A DNA stretch of 64,000 nucleotides from an uncultured Gemmatimonadales bacterium (GCA_963741945.1 CAVUKA010000003.1:828489-892488); one strand, 5' to 3'. Positions 29,386 to 40,309 are shown, counted from the first letter of the stretch. Notes: generated by a model from the sequence alone, not told the origin. Numbers and translations are program-made.

Positions 29386-29762
29386 TCCCCGTCGCCCCGG
29401 CGCCCTCGGCCGTCGCGCGCCTTCTCCAGGCACCGCCCCGTGGCAGTCATGTCCCTCTCTCCGGGAGTCAAGTCGACTCCTCGAACGGTCGAGAGGGCCC
29501 CGCTGTCAGGTTGGCGGCGGGTTTCGCCGTCAATTCGACCTGACGCCGCGAAGCCGAACCTCACGATGTCGGTTCCGGCCCGTTCCGCGCGGACAACATG
29601 ACAACAGGCTCAGTCGGGCGGTCGAGTGGTCGAGTTAGCCGTGGGACGAAGGGCCGCACAGGTGCCCGGGAGCGGGGTGTCGTGTTCCACCATGGATGTG
29701 CCCCAGGAGAGGTGGCACGTTCGCGGCCTGAACCGGGTGGGTGCGGAGGAGCTCATGGAGCC

Positions 29763-30707
29763 ATGACGCGACAGGACGTGGATCGGACCATCGACGAACT
29801 GGCTGTGGCACAGCACGGCGTGGTGGGGCGGCGCCAGCTGCTGCAGGTCGGCGTTGCGGCGCATGTGATCGATCGCCGGGTGGCCGGCGGCCGGCTGACG
29901 CGAGTGCACCGCGGCGTGTATCGGGTCGGCCCGCTGGCGCCGCCGTGGGCCGAGGAGATGGCCGCAGTCCTGGCGAGCGGGGAGAACGCCGCACTGTGCG
30001 CCGGGAGCGCGGGCGCACTGTGGCAGGTGCTGCCGGCCGGCGAGCGGCCGGTGCCGCCGCACGTGGCCGTGCCGGGTCGGAATTGTCGCCCGGCGGGGGT
30101 GCGGGTGCACCGCGTCGCCGTGCTCGGGCCCGCCGAAGTCACGCGGTGCGACGGGATTCCCGTGACGGCGCCTGCGCGTACGCTCGTGGACCTGGGCGGC
30201 TCGCTCGGTGCCAGGGCGCTGGAGCGGGCGGTGGCCGAGGCGTTCGCCCTCCGGCTGACCGGCGAACGGGGACTCCGCAGACAGCTCGCGCGGCATCCCG
30301 GGGCAAGAGGCGTTCGGGCGATCCGGGCGCTGCTCGGAGCCGACTTGCCGCTGCGCACCCGCTCCGAAGCGGAGGAGCGATTCCTCGCCCTCGTGACCGA
30401 GGCCGGGCTGCCGCGCCCCCGGGGCAACGTCCGGGTCCTCGGGATGGAAGTCGATTTCTGCTGGCCTGACGAAAGCCTGATCGTCGAGATCGATGGACTG
30501 GCTTTTCACCATTCCCCGCCGTCGTTCGAGCGGGACCGGCGTCGCCACGACACGCTCGCCGCCGCGGGCTTCACGATCCTGAGGTTCACGTGGACGCGGC
30601 TGGTGGAGGAGCCCAAACCGGTAATCGGCCAGGTCGCGCTGGCGCTCGGGATCTCGCGCGGTCGAAGATGGCGGGCCGCGCCGACGCCGCCGGCGGCCGC
30701 GAGGTAG
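29763..30707 (+). CDS. AbiEi-like N-terminal domain plus DUF559/Vsr-like endonuclease
   Basis: 'QHGVVGRRQL...RVHRGVY', 'GIPVTAPARTLVDL', 'RSEAE', 'EVDFCW...IVEIDGLAFH...DRRR...GFTILRFTW'; GGAG upstream. Confidence 0.85.
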   Translation: MTRQDVDRTIDELAVAQHGVVGRRQLLQVGVAAHVIDRRVAGGRLTRVHRGVYRVGPLAPPWAEEMAAVLASGENAALCAGSAGALWQVLPAGERPVPPHVAVPGRNCRPAGVRVHRVAVLGPAEVTRCDGIPVTAPARTLVDLGGSLGARALERAVAEAFALRLTGERGLRRQLARHPGARGVRAIRALLGADLPLRTRSEAEERFLALVTEAGLPRPRGNVRVLGMEVDFCWPDESLIVEIDGLAFHHSPPSFERDRRRHDTLAAAGFTILRFTWTRLVEEPKPVIGQVALALGISRGRRWRAAPTPPAAAR

Positions 30708-31002
30708 GCGAGGTGAACGCGACTCCTCGATTGCGGTTGAGTGCGGCCGTGGCGATCTGACGTCGATTTTCGCGGGGTTCTCGACATGGCGCCATGTGGG
30801 CTCGCCCCGGCGAGTCGAGTTTATCAGCTTCGGCGAGGTCAATGTGCCCAGAGCACCGAGCCGAGACACCGAGGGGTCGAATTGACCGCGGATCACGCCC
30901 CGCCCCCGCCCCGCCCCCTGGCGCCGGCTGCCCCCCTGGCGCCCGCCCACCTGGCGCCGCCCACCCCCCCGGGCGCCCCCTGGCCCCCTGCCCCCCCTCG
31001 GC

Positions 31003-34000
31003 TCAGGAGCCGCCGCCGGTCGGCTCCCGCGCCCGGTCGAGCCACGGCACGCCGTCCTTCATCCATTCCGGCGCGGGCGCGTCCTTCAGGTAATGGTCGA
31101 AGAACTGCTTCATGCGGCGCTGGAAGTCCTTCTGGTTGGCCTCCTTCGCCAGGTGGTGCGGCTCGTCGGCGTAGGACAGGAAGATGACTTTCTTCCCCAG
31201 CTCGCGGGCGGCGATGTAGAACTCCAGCCCCTGGTTCCAGTCCACGGCGCCATCGGCGGTGCCCTGGAGGATGAGGAAGGGCGTGGTGATGTCGGGCGCG
31301 TGGGTAACGGGCGACTGGTCCTCGTACAGCGACAGGCTGTCCCACGGCGTCACGCCCATGCGCCCCTGGCTCCACTCGATGATCGCCGCGTTGGGGCCGC
31401 CGGTGCTCTTGTACAGGATGTTGTGCATGCTCACCAGGTCGGTGAGCGGCGCGCCCGTGACCACGGCGGCGAACAGGTCCGTCTGCGTCACGATGTACGA
31501 CGACTCGTACCCGCCCCACGAGTGCCCCTGGAGCCCGATGTGGGCGGGGTCCGCGTAGCCGAGGTCGATGGCCCGGTGGACGGCGGCGCTCACGTCGTCC
31601 AGCGCGGACGACCCCGGCTGCCCCTCCGTGTACACGATGTCCGGCATGAGCACCAGGTAGCCGTCGGAGGCGTACTCGGACATGTGCGGCCGGTCGTCGT
31701 AGACGGGCTGCGAGAAAGCGTGGTGCATCTGCGACATCTTCTCGTAGAAGTACACCAGCATCGGGTACTTCTTCCCCTTCTCGTACCCGGCCGGGAGCGT
31801 CAGCGTGGCCTGGAGGTGGTTGCCGCGGCCGTCCACGTAGTCGATGAGCCGCCGCGTCCCCCAGGCGTAATCGTCGAGCTGCGGGTTGCCGTCGGTCGCC
31901 CGGGCGGGGCGGCGGAAGCCGGTGTCCGTGACCCACCAGTCCGGGAACGCCTCGAACGTCTGCTTCGTGTAGACGACGACATCCGCGTCGCCCGCCTTCG
32001 TCACCCCCCCGTACATGGCGTCCCCCCACACCATCGGCTCCGGCGCCGACGCCCCCGGCTCCAGCCGCCACCAGCCGGACTTCTTCGTCCAGTCGCCGTA
32101 GGCCGACAGCAGCACCGGCTTCGACAGGTCCACCGCCTCCGCCGGCCCGCCGCCGAACCGCCCGGAGCGCCGCGCCGCCCGGGGCGCCGACCGCGTGTCG
32201 AAGGAGAAGCCGGGCTCGATGCGGAAGCGGATGCTGTCCCGGTCCGCCATGCCGCCCGTCAGGCTCCAGACCGCGTCGGCCTGCCCGCGCGCCGCCGGGT
32301 GGCGAACCGCCGCCGCCCGTCCGCGCGCCGGGCCGCGCCGGCCGCCGGGTCACCGGCCACGCCCTCGGTGCCGGCGGCGGCCGGGAGCGGGACCGCCCAG
32401 ACGTCGTATTGCGTGTTGAGCAGGACCTGGCGCCCGTCCTTCGACCAACCCGCCACGCCCCACGTGCCGACCTCGCCCGGGATCTGGCGGTCGTTCTCGC
32501 TGAAGTCCGCGCCCGCGACGTCCGAAAGGTTCACCGTGCGGCCCGTGGCGATCTCCGTGGCCATGGCCTCGCCCGCCCGGGCCCAGGCGTACCATTTCCC
32601 GTCGGGCGACGCGCCCATGGGGCTGCGCACGCTGTCCGCCAGCGCAATCGCCTCGCCCGTGCGCGTGTCGATGCGCACGATGTCCGCCCTGCCCGGCTGC
32701 GCCAGCAGGTCGAGGCGGTAGGGGCCGTCGCGGCGGCCAATGGCATAGTTGCCCTGGCCCACCACTTCCACGCGGGGCATGGCTTCCGTGGCCAGGCGCA
32801 CGAACCGGCCGCCGGGCACGGACACCACGGACGTGTACGTGAAGCGGCGGTCCGCGGGGGCCTGCACCTCCTGCACCGACTGCACGCGCTCGTCCGCGTA
32901 GTGCCAGACCGTGACGTCGGCCCGGTCGTCGTCGCCCTCCGGCTCGACTTTCGCCTTCTGCTCCCTGACGCCCACCACCAGGCGAGCATGGTCCTTCGTC
33001 CACGTGGGCCGGGCGTTCTCGCTCAGGACGAAGCCGGCGGGGAAAGCGTCGTCGGACGACGGGTCGTACGTGAACGGCCCGGCGTCGCCCGCCGGCGCCG
33101 CACCCGCCGGCGCCCCGGGAGCCAGCGCCTCGCCCGCGTCCGGCCACGCCAGCAGCACGTTGGCCCGCTCTTCCATCCCCTTCACCGTGTCCCCCTTCAG
33201 CACGGCCAGGCTCTTCCCGTCCTCGCTCCAGCCCAGGCCATCGTAGAGCCACGGCCCCGTCGAGAGCGCCACCGTGCGGCCGGCCGCCGGGTCCAGCAGG
33301 TAGGCGCCGTTGCCCGCGCGGTCCCCGGCGTCCACCAGGTAGGCCAGCCGCGCGCCGGTGGAGTCGAACGCGAATGCGGACACGTTGCCGATGTTGCGCA
33401 GCGAGCGGTCGCCCAGGTCCACGAGGACCAGGTCCGCGCCGTCGTGCTCGGCTTTCGGGTCCGCCTTGGCCTTGTGCACCGCCAGCCAGCGCCCGCCCTC
33501 GGCGAACGCCACGTCCCGCGCGTCCGCGATGGAGTCCCGCGCGCCCGTCCGCAGGTCGATCCAGTGCGCCATGCGTGGCACCGGCTTCTTCTCCTTCCGC
33601 AGCTTCTTCGCCTCCGTCTCCCCCGGCGACGTCATGAACGCCACGTGCATCCCGTCGCTGGCGAACACGGGCGACGCGCCGTTCGCGGCGGTGTAGTCCT
33701 CCTCGCCTCGCAGCGCCTTCACGTGCAGCTCGCCGTCCCCGTCGTTGGGCTCGTACGAGAACGCCAGCCAGCCGCCGTCCGGCGAGAGCTCCACGTTCCG
33801 GATCTGCCGCCACTCCCCGTAGTCGGCCAGCGTCAGCACCTTCCTGCCGTCCCGCATGGGGTGCGCCTGCGGCGAGGCGGGCGAGGGCGAGGGGGCGGGG
33901 GCGGCGGGCCGCGGGGGGCGCTGCGCGGCGGCGGCGCCGGGCAGCACCGCGGGCGCGGCCAGGGCGAGGAGCAGGGCTGGCAGGGGGAAGCGGAAGGACC

Positions 34001-34019
34001 GGCGTCGGTGCGTGTGCAT
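31003..34019 (-). pseudogene. S9 prolyl oligopeptidase family, split by a frameshift near 32280-32360
   Basis: Signal peptide and beta-propeller part 34019-32259; catalytic part 32250-31003 with 'GHSWGGY', 'GTADGAV', 'EPHH'. May be a sequencing error. Confidence 0.8.
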
Positions 34020-34126
34020 GGCTGTCTCTGGTGCTGGCGCCCGGGCGGGCGGCTGGGTGGATCGCGGACCGGGTGCAGGTTGGCACCGGCGGTCGGGGGA
34101 GGCAAGGCCGCCGGGGAGGCGGCCTG

Positions 34127-34640
34127 TCAGCCGTCGCGCTCCCCGTAGAGGAGGACCAGCCGGGCGACGACCGGCTCGAGCGCGCTGCCGGCCCGGCCGA
34201 TCGCCGGCGCGTCCCCGGCATCGACGGCGCGGGCGAGCTCGTCCAGCGCCGCCCGCTCCGCCGCCAGCAGCCCCGCGCGCCGCGCGACCAGCGCCGGCGT
34301 CAGGCCGTACACGGCGTCGTGGGGCGCCGCCTCCACCGCGGACCACCGCTCCATGGCCTCGGGGAGCGCCGCCCGGATCTCCGCCACGGCTTCAGGCCCG
34401 GGCCCCGCCATGCCGCCGGACTGCGACGCGCGCACGATCGCTTCCATGGGCGCGTGGTAGGCCGTCACGGCGGACGGTACCGCGGGCGCGGCCCCGTCCG
34501 TCGCGCTAGCCCGCGTCCACGCCCCGTGGCCCACCGTGTAGATCACCAGCACCAGCATGATCAGGAACGGGAGAGGGATCCCCCGGATCGACGGGCACGC
34601 CCCTCCACCCGTCCCGCACGATTCACCCGCCTGCTGGCTC
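34127..34640 (-). CDS. Hypothetical membrane-anchored helical protein (start uncertain)
   Basis: Hydrophobic 'LPFLIMLVLVIYTVG' followed by Ala-rich helices. Confidence 0.45.
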
Positions 34641-34774
34641 ATCCCCCGCGCCTCCGCGCTGCGGCCGGCCCGCATCGGCCGACGTTTCACACTGGATTCC
34701 CAAACGGGAATATAGCCCCTGCGCCGCGCGGGAGGCAGGGGCGTAGGCCGCGGCCCGCGCCGGGCCGGCCCCGG

Positions 34775-36076
34775 TCACCGGTTGCTGTTGGTCCACGTGT
34801 ACGCGTGGGGCCATTCGCTGGTCCGGGTGGAGATGGCCGTGTGACAGACGTGACACGCGTTCTGCCGCTCGGGATGGGAGCCGCCGTGCACTTCGGCGAA
34901 ATCGCCGCCCGCGCCCTCACCGCGCGAGTTCCCGTGGCACACGCCACAGCTCCCGATGCTCTTGGCGCCGCCCTGGTAGTGGAGCGCCTGGTAGTTGTCG
35001 ATGGCCACGCTCGTGGGGACCATGGCGTGCGGGCTCCCGTGACACCCCGCGCAGGCGACGCCGCCGTGCCCCGTGGAGTTCCGGTAGAGCGTGGCGCCCG
35101 TGGCCACGCCTTCCACGCCCGAATGGCAGTCCGAGCAGGCGGGCTCACCGGCCCAGGGCGTCCGCCCCCGGGCGATGGACGCGGCCACTTCAGCCATGGT
35201 CCCGTGGCAGGTGGTGCAGTTCCCGTCTGAGCCGGTGTGGGCGATGCTCCGGGAGCACTGCGTGCTCGGCCCGGGGTGGCAGTCGTAGCACTCGGCTCCC
35301 TTGTCGGCGTGGAAGGAATGGATGGCGTACGACAGGTACTCGCCCGAGGAGCCGGGCGAGGTCTGGCCGAGCGCCGGGTCGCCGTGGCAGTCGGCGCACA
35401 GGACGGGCGTGGCGGCCAGGAGGTTCGTTCCGCTCTCCTCGTCGTGCTTCGCGAGGACATCGGCGAACGCGTTGTCGCCGTGGCAGTGGTCGCAGCGGAT
35501 CTCGTCCGAGGTCGGCACGGTGGCGTGGGTCTCCACGAGAACGTTGTTCGACGCGTCCTTCACCGTGACCACGCCCACCTGGTAGGGGTTCCACGTGCCG
35601 TCGTCCTCCACGGGCGTGACCGGGATGGCGTCGGCGACGAACCGGTCGCCCGCCGCGGTCATGGTACCGGAGAGCCCGAACCCCTGAAGACCCACGTCGT
35701 GGGGCAGGCTGTTGAAGCCGAACATGTCGCCGAACAGCACCACCGCGTTGTCCCAGAACTCGCCGTACTCCCGCTTTCCGTACGAGTACGTGTTGTCCTG
35801 GATCCGGTACTCGACCGTGACGCCGGTAGTCACGATCTCCGGCGGGTCGCCTCGCCGGATCACCTGCGCCACGAGGTTGTTGTAGGGCGGGAGTATGACC
35901 AGCTCGTCGTACGTGGGGTTCAGGCAGTGCATCCCGAGATCGTTCCAGGCGACCACCACGTAGTCACCCGGCTGGATCCCGCCCGGGCCGGTGGCGTCGC
36001 CGCCACAGCCGGAGACGCCCAGGACCAGGAAGGGTGCGAAGACTGCCGCTCTGCACCTGCCGCCGTTCAACGACAT
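34775..36076 (-). CDS. Octaheme c-type cytochrome lipoprotein
   Basis: Eight CxxCH motifs (CDHCH, CADCH, CYDCH, CTTCH, CSDCH, CAGCH, CGVCH, CHVCH); lipobox 'VSGC'; 'AWNDLGMHC'. Confidence 0.92.
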   Translation of the reverse strand: MSLNGGRCRAAVFAPFLVLGVSGCGGDATGPGGIQPGDYVVVAWNDLGMHCLNPTYDELVILPPYNNLVAQVIRRGDPPEIVTTGVTVEYRIQDNTYSYGKREYGEFWDNAVVLFGDMFGFNSLPHDVGLQGFGLSGTMTAAGDRFVADAIPVTPVEDDGTWNPYQVGVVTVKDASNNVLVETHATVPTSDEIRCDHCHGDNAFADVLAKHDEESGTNLLAATPVLCADCHGDPALGQTSPGSSGEYLSYAIHSFHADKGAECYDCHPGPSTQCSRSIAHTGSDGNCTTCHGTMAEVAASIARGRTPWAGEPACSDCHSGVEGVATGATLYRNSTGHGGVACAGCHGSPHAMVPTSVAIDNYQALHYQGGAKSIGSCGVCHGNSRGEGAGGDFAEVHGGSHPERQNACHVCHTAISTRTSEWPHAYTWTNSNR

Positions 36077-36309
36077 GCCACGGCCCTCCTTCCGGAGATC
36101 GATTCGGAGACCCGCCGGATCCCGGCCGCTGCGGGCAGGCCGGCGGGTGCGAGAACGCGCCCGCCTTCAGACCGCGCACCGTCAAAGTACGGCGGACGCG
36201 CGCCACCGGATACAGGGAGGACCGGGGGGGTGTCGCCGGGGGTGTCGGCGCGAGTGCTGCATCGCCCCGGATCCCGTGGCACGCGCCCCCATCCTGAACG
36301 GGAGTGACC

Positions 36310-37032
36310 ATGGACCGGTTCCTCGACATCCTGCCGTACGCCGGCGGCGCGGCGGCCGCGGCGCTGGTCGGCGGCCTCGTCGCAGCGCTGTGGCAGCCGC
36401 CGAGGCGATGGCAGAGCTACATCCAGCACTTCGCGGCGGGGCTCGTCATCGCCGCCGTGGCCGTGGAGATGCTGCCGGAGATCGAGCGCCTCCACGCGAA
36501 CGGCTGGCTCATCGTCGGCAGCTTCGCCGCGGGCGGTGTCGTCATGGTCGGGCTGAAGTGGCTGACGCACCGGATCGAATCCCGGGCCGAAGGGACCGCG
36601 GAGGCGTTCGGCCTGGCCGCGGCGTCCGGGTTCGACACCATGATCGATGGCCTCACCATCGGGGGCAGCTTCGTCGCCGGACAGCGGATGGGCTTCATCC
36701 TCGCCGTCGCCCTCGGCGTCGAGCTCCTGTTCCTCACCCTCTCCCTCGGCTCGGAGTTCCGGAGCAAGGGCGTAGGCGCGCTGCGCGCCGGCGCCACCGC
36801 CGCGTCGCTGGCGCTGCCGCTGCTGCTGGGCGCCTTCCTCGGCGTGCTCGTGCTCGGAGGCGCGCCGGAGGGTGCGCTCGCCGCGTCACTCTCCTTCGGC
36901 GCCGCCGCGCTCATCTACCTCGTCACGGAGGAGCTGCTCGTGGAGGGGCACGAGGCGGCCGAGACGCTGGCGTCCACAGCCTTCCTCTTCCTGGGCTTCC
37001 TCGGCCTGCTCGCCCTGCGGCTGCTGGGGTAG
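36310..37032 (+). CDS. ZIP-family-like metal transporter
   Basis: Multiple TM helices, 'QHFAAG...VEMLPE', 'DGLTIG', 'YLVTEELLVEGH'. Confidence 0.8.
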   Translation: MDRFLDILPYAGGAAAAALVGGLVAALWQPPRRWQSYIQHFAAGLVIAAVAVEMLPEIERLHANGWLIVGSFAAGGVVMVGLKWLTHRIESRAEGTAEAFGLAAASGFDTMIDGLTIGGSFVAGQRMGFILAVALGVELLFLTLSLGSEFRSKGVGALRAGATAASLALPLLLGAFLGVLVLGGAPEGALAASLSFGAAALIYLVTEELLVEGHEAAETLASTAFLFLGFLGLLALRLLG

Positions 37033-37159
37033 GAGAGCGACCCGCCTGCGCCGCCGACACGGACCACCACCGAGTCCTCTCTTTCACCGCGTTCGGAGCG
37101 GCATCTGCGTCGATCCAGATCTTCACGCCGGAACGTACTCCCAGAGCACGAGGACCCGC

Positions 37160-38293
37160 ATGCCCGATTTCCCCGACGCGAAGCAGCTGTTCACCACACT
37201 CACGGACCACGCCACCCTGGTCCTCTCCATCGAGCCCGACCCGGTGGACCCTCCTTCGGACGACGAGGTGATCGTCCGGATCGAGGCGGTCCCCATCAAT
37301 CCCAGCGACCTCGGCCTCCTCCTCGCCCCCGCCGACATGGCGACGCTGCGCCGCGACACCGTGGACGGGCACCCCGCCCTCGTCGCCGACGTCCAGCCCC
37401 GCATGGCGCGCTTCTTCGCCGACCGCGCGGCGAAGAAGCTGAACGCCGGCAACGAGGGGGCCGGCACCGTGGTGGCCGCGGGGTCGTCGGACGCGGCGAG
37501 GGCGTTGGTGGGACGGACCGTGAGCCTGGTGGGCGGCGGCCTCTACCGCACCCACGCGCGCGCCACGGCCGGTCGGGTCGTGCCGCTCCCCGACGGCGCG
37601 CCAGCCGTGGAGGGCGCGTCGCTGTTCGTGAATCCCATGACCGTGCAGGGGTTCCTGAACACCATGCGCGCGGAGGGGCACGCGTCGCTGATCCACACGG
37701 CGGCGGCGTCCAACCTGGGCCAGATGCTGGCGAAACTGTGCCTGCGGGAGGGCGTCCCGCTGGTCGCCATCGTCCGCTCGGACGCGCAGAAGGAGATCCT
37801 CACCGGGATCGGCGTGACGCACGTCCTGGACAGCTCGAAGGACGGCTTCATGGACCGCCTCGTCGACGCTCTCGCCGGGACCGGAGCGACGCTCGCCTTC
37901 GACGCCATCGGCGGTGGCCGGATGGCCAGCCGCATCCTCGTCGCCATGGAGCGGGCGCAGGTGAGGCGCGGCGCCGAAGTCGGCAGCTACGGCACGACCG
38001 TGCCCAAGCAGGTCTACATCTACGGCCGCCTCGACACGGGCGAGACGGTCCTGACCGGCGCCTGGGGCATGACCTGGGGCGTGGGCGGCTGGCTCCTGGG
38101 GCCGCACCTCGAGGCCGTGGGCCCCGAGCGGGCGCTGGAGATGCGCCGCTTCGCCGTGGCGGAGCGCAACGGCATCTTCGCCAGCCACTACACCGACACC
38201 ATCAGCCTCGAGGACATGATCGACCCGGACATCGCACGCGCCTACCAGCGGAAGGCCACGGGGCAGAAGTACCTGGTGGATCCCAGCCAGTGA
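37160..38293 (+). CDS. MDR-superfamily oxidoreductase (NADH oxidase/enoyl reductase-like)
   Basis: 'PINPSDLG', 'GNEGAG', 'FVNPMT', 'TAAASNLG', 'FDAIGGG'. Confidence 0.88.
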   Translation: MPDFPDAKQLFTTLTDHATLVLSIEPDPVDPPSDDEVIVRIEAVPINPSDLGLLLAPADMATLRRDTVDGHPALVADVQPRMARFFADRAAKKLNAGNEGAGTVVAAGSSDAARALVGRTVSLVGGGLYRTHARATAGRVVPLPDGAPAVEGASLFVNPMTVQGFLNTMRAEGHASLIHTAAASNLGQMLAKLCLREGVPLVAIVRSDAQKEILTGIGVTHVLDSSKDGFMDRLVDALAGTGATLAFDAIGGGRMASRILVAMERAQVRRGAEVGSYGTTVPKQVYIYGRLDTGETVLTGAWGMTWGVGGWLLGPHLEAVGPERALEMRRFAVAERNGIFASHYTDTISLEDMIDPDIARAYQRKATGQKYLVDPSQ

Positions 38294-38308
38294 GTCTGCG
38301 CGGGGGGC

Positions 38309-38630
38309 TCATGGCGGAATCCGGGCGCCCGCCCCGCGGGTCCGCCACGTCGCCCCGGTAGCGCGGGATCACGTGGATGGGCGCGTGTCCCACCGTCTGC
38401 CCCGCCGCCTCGCCGTCGTTGACCCCGATGTTGAACCCATCCGGCGCATGCGACGCCGCCAGCGCCCGCCGCACCTCGCCCGCCAGCGCCCACAGCTCCG
38501 CCCGTTCCCCTGGGTCGAGGTCCCAGAGCCTGGCCACGTGGCGCCCCGGTACGACGAGGGTGTGGCCGTCGGCGAAGGGGGAAGGCGTCGCGGAGGGCGA
38601 GGCCGTGGGTGGAGCGGAGGACCACGCGGT
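38309..38630 (-). pseudogene. Degenerate HIT-family gene (paralogue of 41823-42215)
   Basis: 'FNIGVNDGEAAGQTVGHAPIHVIPRY' with the middle triad His changed to Pro; frameshift after 'LRDAFP'; truncated 3' end. Confidence 0.8.
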
Positions 38631-38675
38631 CCGGGGCGACGTCGCAGAAGGGGCAGGGTCCGACGGGCGGAGCCT

Positions 38676-38918
38676 TCAGTATTCCCGCTGCAGCGAGTCC
38701 AGCACCGCCGCTCGCCGCGCCGCGGCGTCCGACGCTTCCAGCGCCCCCTTCACCCCCCGCGCGCCGGGGAGGCGCGACTCGCCGATCGCGCTGTCCACCT
38801 GCCGCTGCGTCACCGAGTCCGGGCGCGCCGATGACGACGCCGGCGCGCCCCCGGAGCAGGCCGCGAGGGCGGGAATGCTCGTGGCGAGCAGGAGGGCAAG
38901 CGCGGTGCGACGTCGCAT
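38676..38918 (-). CDS. Small hypothetical lipoprotein
   Basis: 'MRRRTALALLLATSIPALAAC'; AGGAG upstream. Confidence 0.7.
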   Translation of the reverse strand: MRRRTALALLLATSIPALAACSGGAPASSSARPDSVTQRQVDSAIGESRLPGARGVKGALEASDAAARRAAVLDSLQREY

Positions 38919-39305
38919 GGTCTGGCTCCTGTCAGGATCGGGGGTATGGTCGCGCTGGTTGCACGCTCCTCGATAATAGGAACCGGGGAAAGGTGGGGCG
39001 AGAACTCGCCCACCGAAGCCGTTCAGGCCGTCCGCGTCTCCGGCGGCACGATCTCCGTCCCCTGCCGCAGGCGACGCCGCCCTGGCGCGGGATCGCTCCA
39101 CCCGCCGCCGAGCTCGCCCGGGCCGGCGGCGGCGGGCGACGGCGTCGCATGGGGGCGCTCGGCCACGGCCAGCCACAGGCTCCGGCCGGGCTCCGCGGTG
39201 AGGTCGTACGTGCGGCCGATCAATCCTCCCACGGCGCCATCTCGGTGCGACGGAGCCGCTCGATCCGGTCGCGGAAGGCCTGCTGGCGCCCGGAACCGTT
39301 CAATC

Positions 39306-39545
39306 ATGGCCACGAACGAGGAACGCATGTCCGTCGATGAGCTGGAGGCAGAAGCGCTGAAGCTGTCTGCCGACGATCGCGAGCGGCTCGCGATCCTGCT
39401 GCTCTCGAGTGTCGAGTCGAAGCTGGAGTTCGAGGCTGAATGGATCGAGGAAGTCGAGCGGCGGGCCCGAGAGATCGATAAGGGTGTCGTCGAGACGATC
39501 CCGGCCGACCAGGTCCTCCGCAAGGCACTGGACCGCCTGAAGTGA
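39306..39545 (+). CDS. Putative addiction-module antitoxin (TIGR02574-like), no adjacent toxin
   Basis: 'EALKLSADDRERLA...EWIEEVERR...IPADQV'. Confidence 0.8.
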   Translation: MATNEERMSVDELEAEALKLSADDRERLAILLLSSVESKLEFEAEWIEEVERRAREIDKGVVETIPADQVLRKALDRLK

Positions 39546-39556
39546 GCCCGCCGCCT

Positions 39557-39826
39557 TCACCCCATCCACGCCGGCCGCGCGATCCCATACAGAACGTCGG
39601 GATCGATGTCGGCACCATTAGGCCACACGATGGTTCCCAGCTCCCGGTCCACCTCCACCGCTTCGAAGAAGCCGCGATCCTTCCGTACGCGCTCAAAGAT
39701 CGGTCCCCGCAGGAACGGCTCGACGTCGATCACCTTCTCCGTCCCGTCGCTGAACCCGACGCGGAGCCGGTATCCCTCGCCCGGTGTCACTCTATCGACG
39801 CGTACCATCAGCACACTCCGTCTCAT
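39557..39826 (-). CDS. DUF2442 family protein
   Basis: 'YRLRVGFSDG...GPIFE...TIVWPNGADIDPDVLY'. Confidence 0.88.
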   Translation of the reverse strand: MRRSVLMVRVDRVTPGEGYRLRVGFSDGTEKVIDVEPFLRGPIFERVRKDRGFFEAVEVDRELGTIVWPNGADIDPDVLYGIARPAWMG

Positions 39827-39999
39827 TCGAGCCCCGCGATCCGCTCGAGGGGCTCACCGTGTCGTGCCGCCTCCCAGTTGTTCCGCAGCTCCAGCACCGT
39901 GGCCTCGTGCTCCCCGTACTTCGCGTGGAAGTGCGGCGGCGCATGATCATTGTAATACATCGCAATGGTGATTCCGAAGAACTCGCTGATTCTCGGCAC
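39823..39999 (-). pseudogene. DUF4160 family protein with internal deletion
   Basis: 'PRISEFFGITIAMYYNDHAPPHFHAKYGEHEA' joined almost directly to 'ELRNNWE...PLERI'; only 58 aa. Confidence 0.75.
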
Positions 40000-40109
40000 G
40001 ACACGCCCGTGGCTCGGTTCCAGGGCCACGCTGTCCTTGGGATCGGGGCAGATCCATGGCAGAATCAGACGAGCTCATGGTCACTCCCCCGCCCTCTTCG
40101 CCTTCGCGA

Positions 40110-40309
40110 TCCGCACCAGTGCCCTCGCCTGTGGTGCAGTTGCCAAGCCGAATCCAGATGACCTTGGGCGGTGGTCCGTGCAGGAAGCTTCGCTGGTGGA
40201 AGTCCGAGTCCTTGGAAACGATCGTGAAGCCGTGCGCGGATCCAGGGTACAGCTCAGCAAGCGAAGCGATCAGCCTCGGGGAGAGGTTCTGATCGAGGAG
40301 GAGCTTCAC
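40110..40309 (-). pseudogene. DUF5615/PIN-like toxin, internally deleted and truncated
   Basis: 'MKLLLDQNLSPRL...SAH|GFTIVSKDSDF...PPKVIWIRLGNCTT'; the usual segment between SAH and GFTI appears missing. Confidence 0.75.

Noticed and set aside
28683-29638. Poly-PRR, poly-S and poly-DE ORFs over the 9-mer array
   Set aside because: The frames are open only because the repeat lacks stops; there is no convincing RBS, so they are not called as CDS.
30895-31000. C-rich tracts (possible G-quadruplex on the minus strand)
   Set aside because: Irregular low-complexity sequence in a high-GC genome; may be noisy sequence, and no function can be supported.
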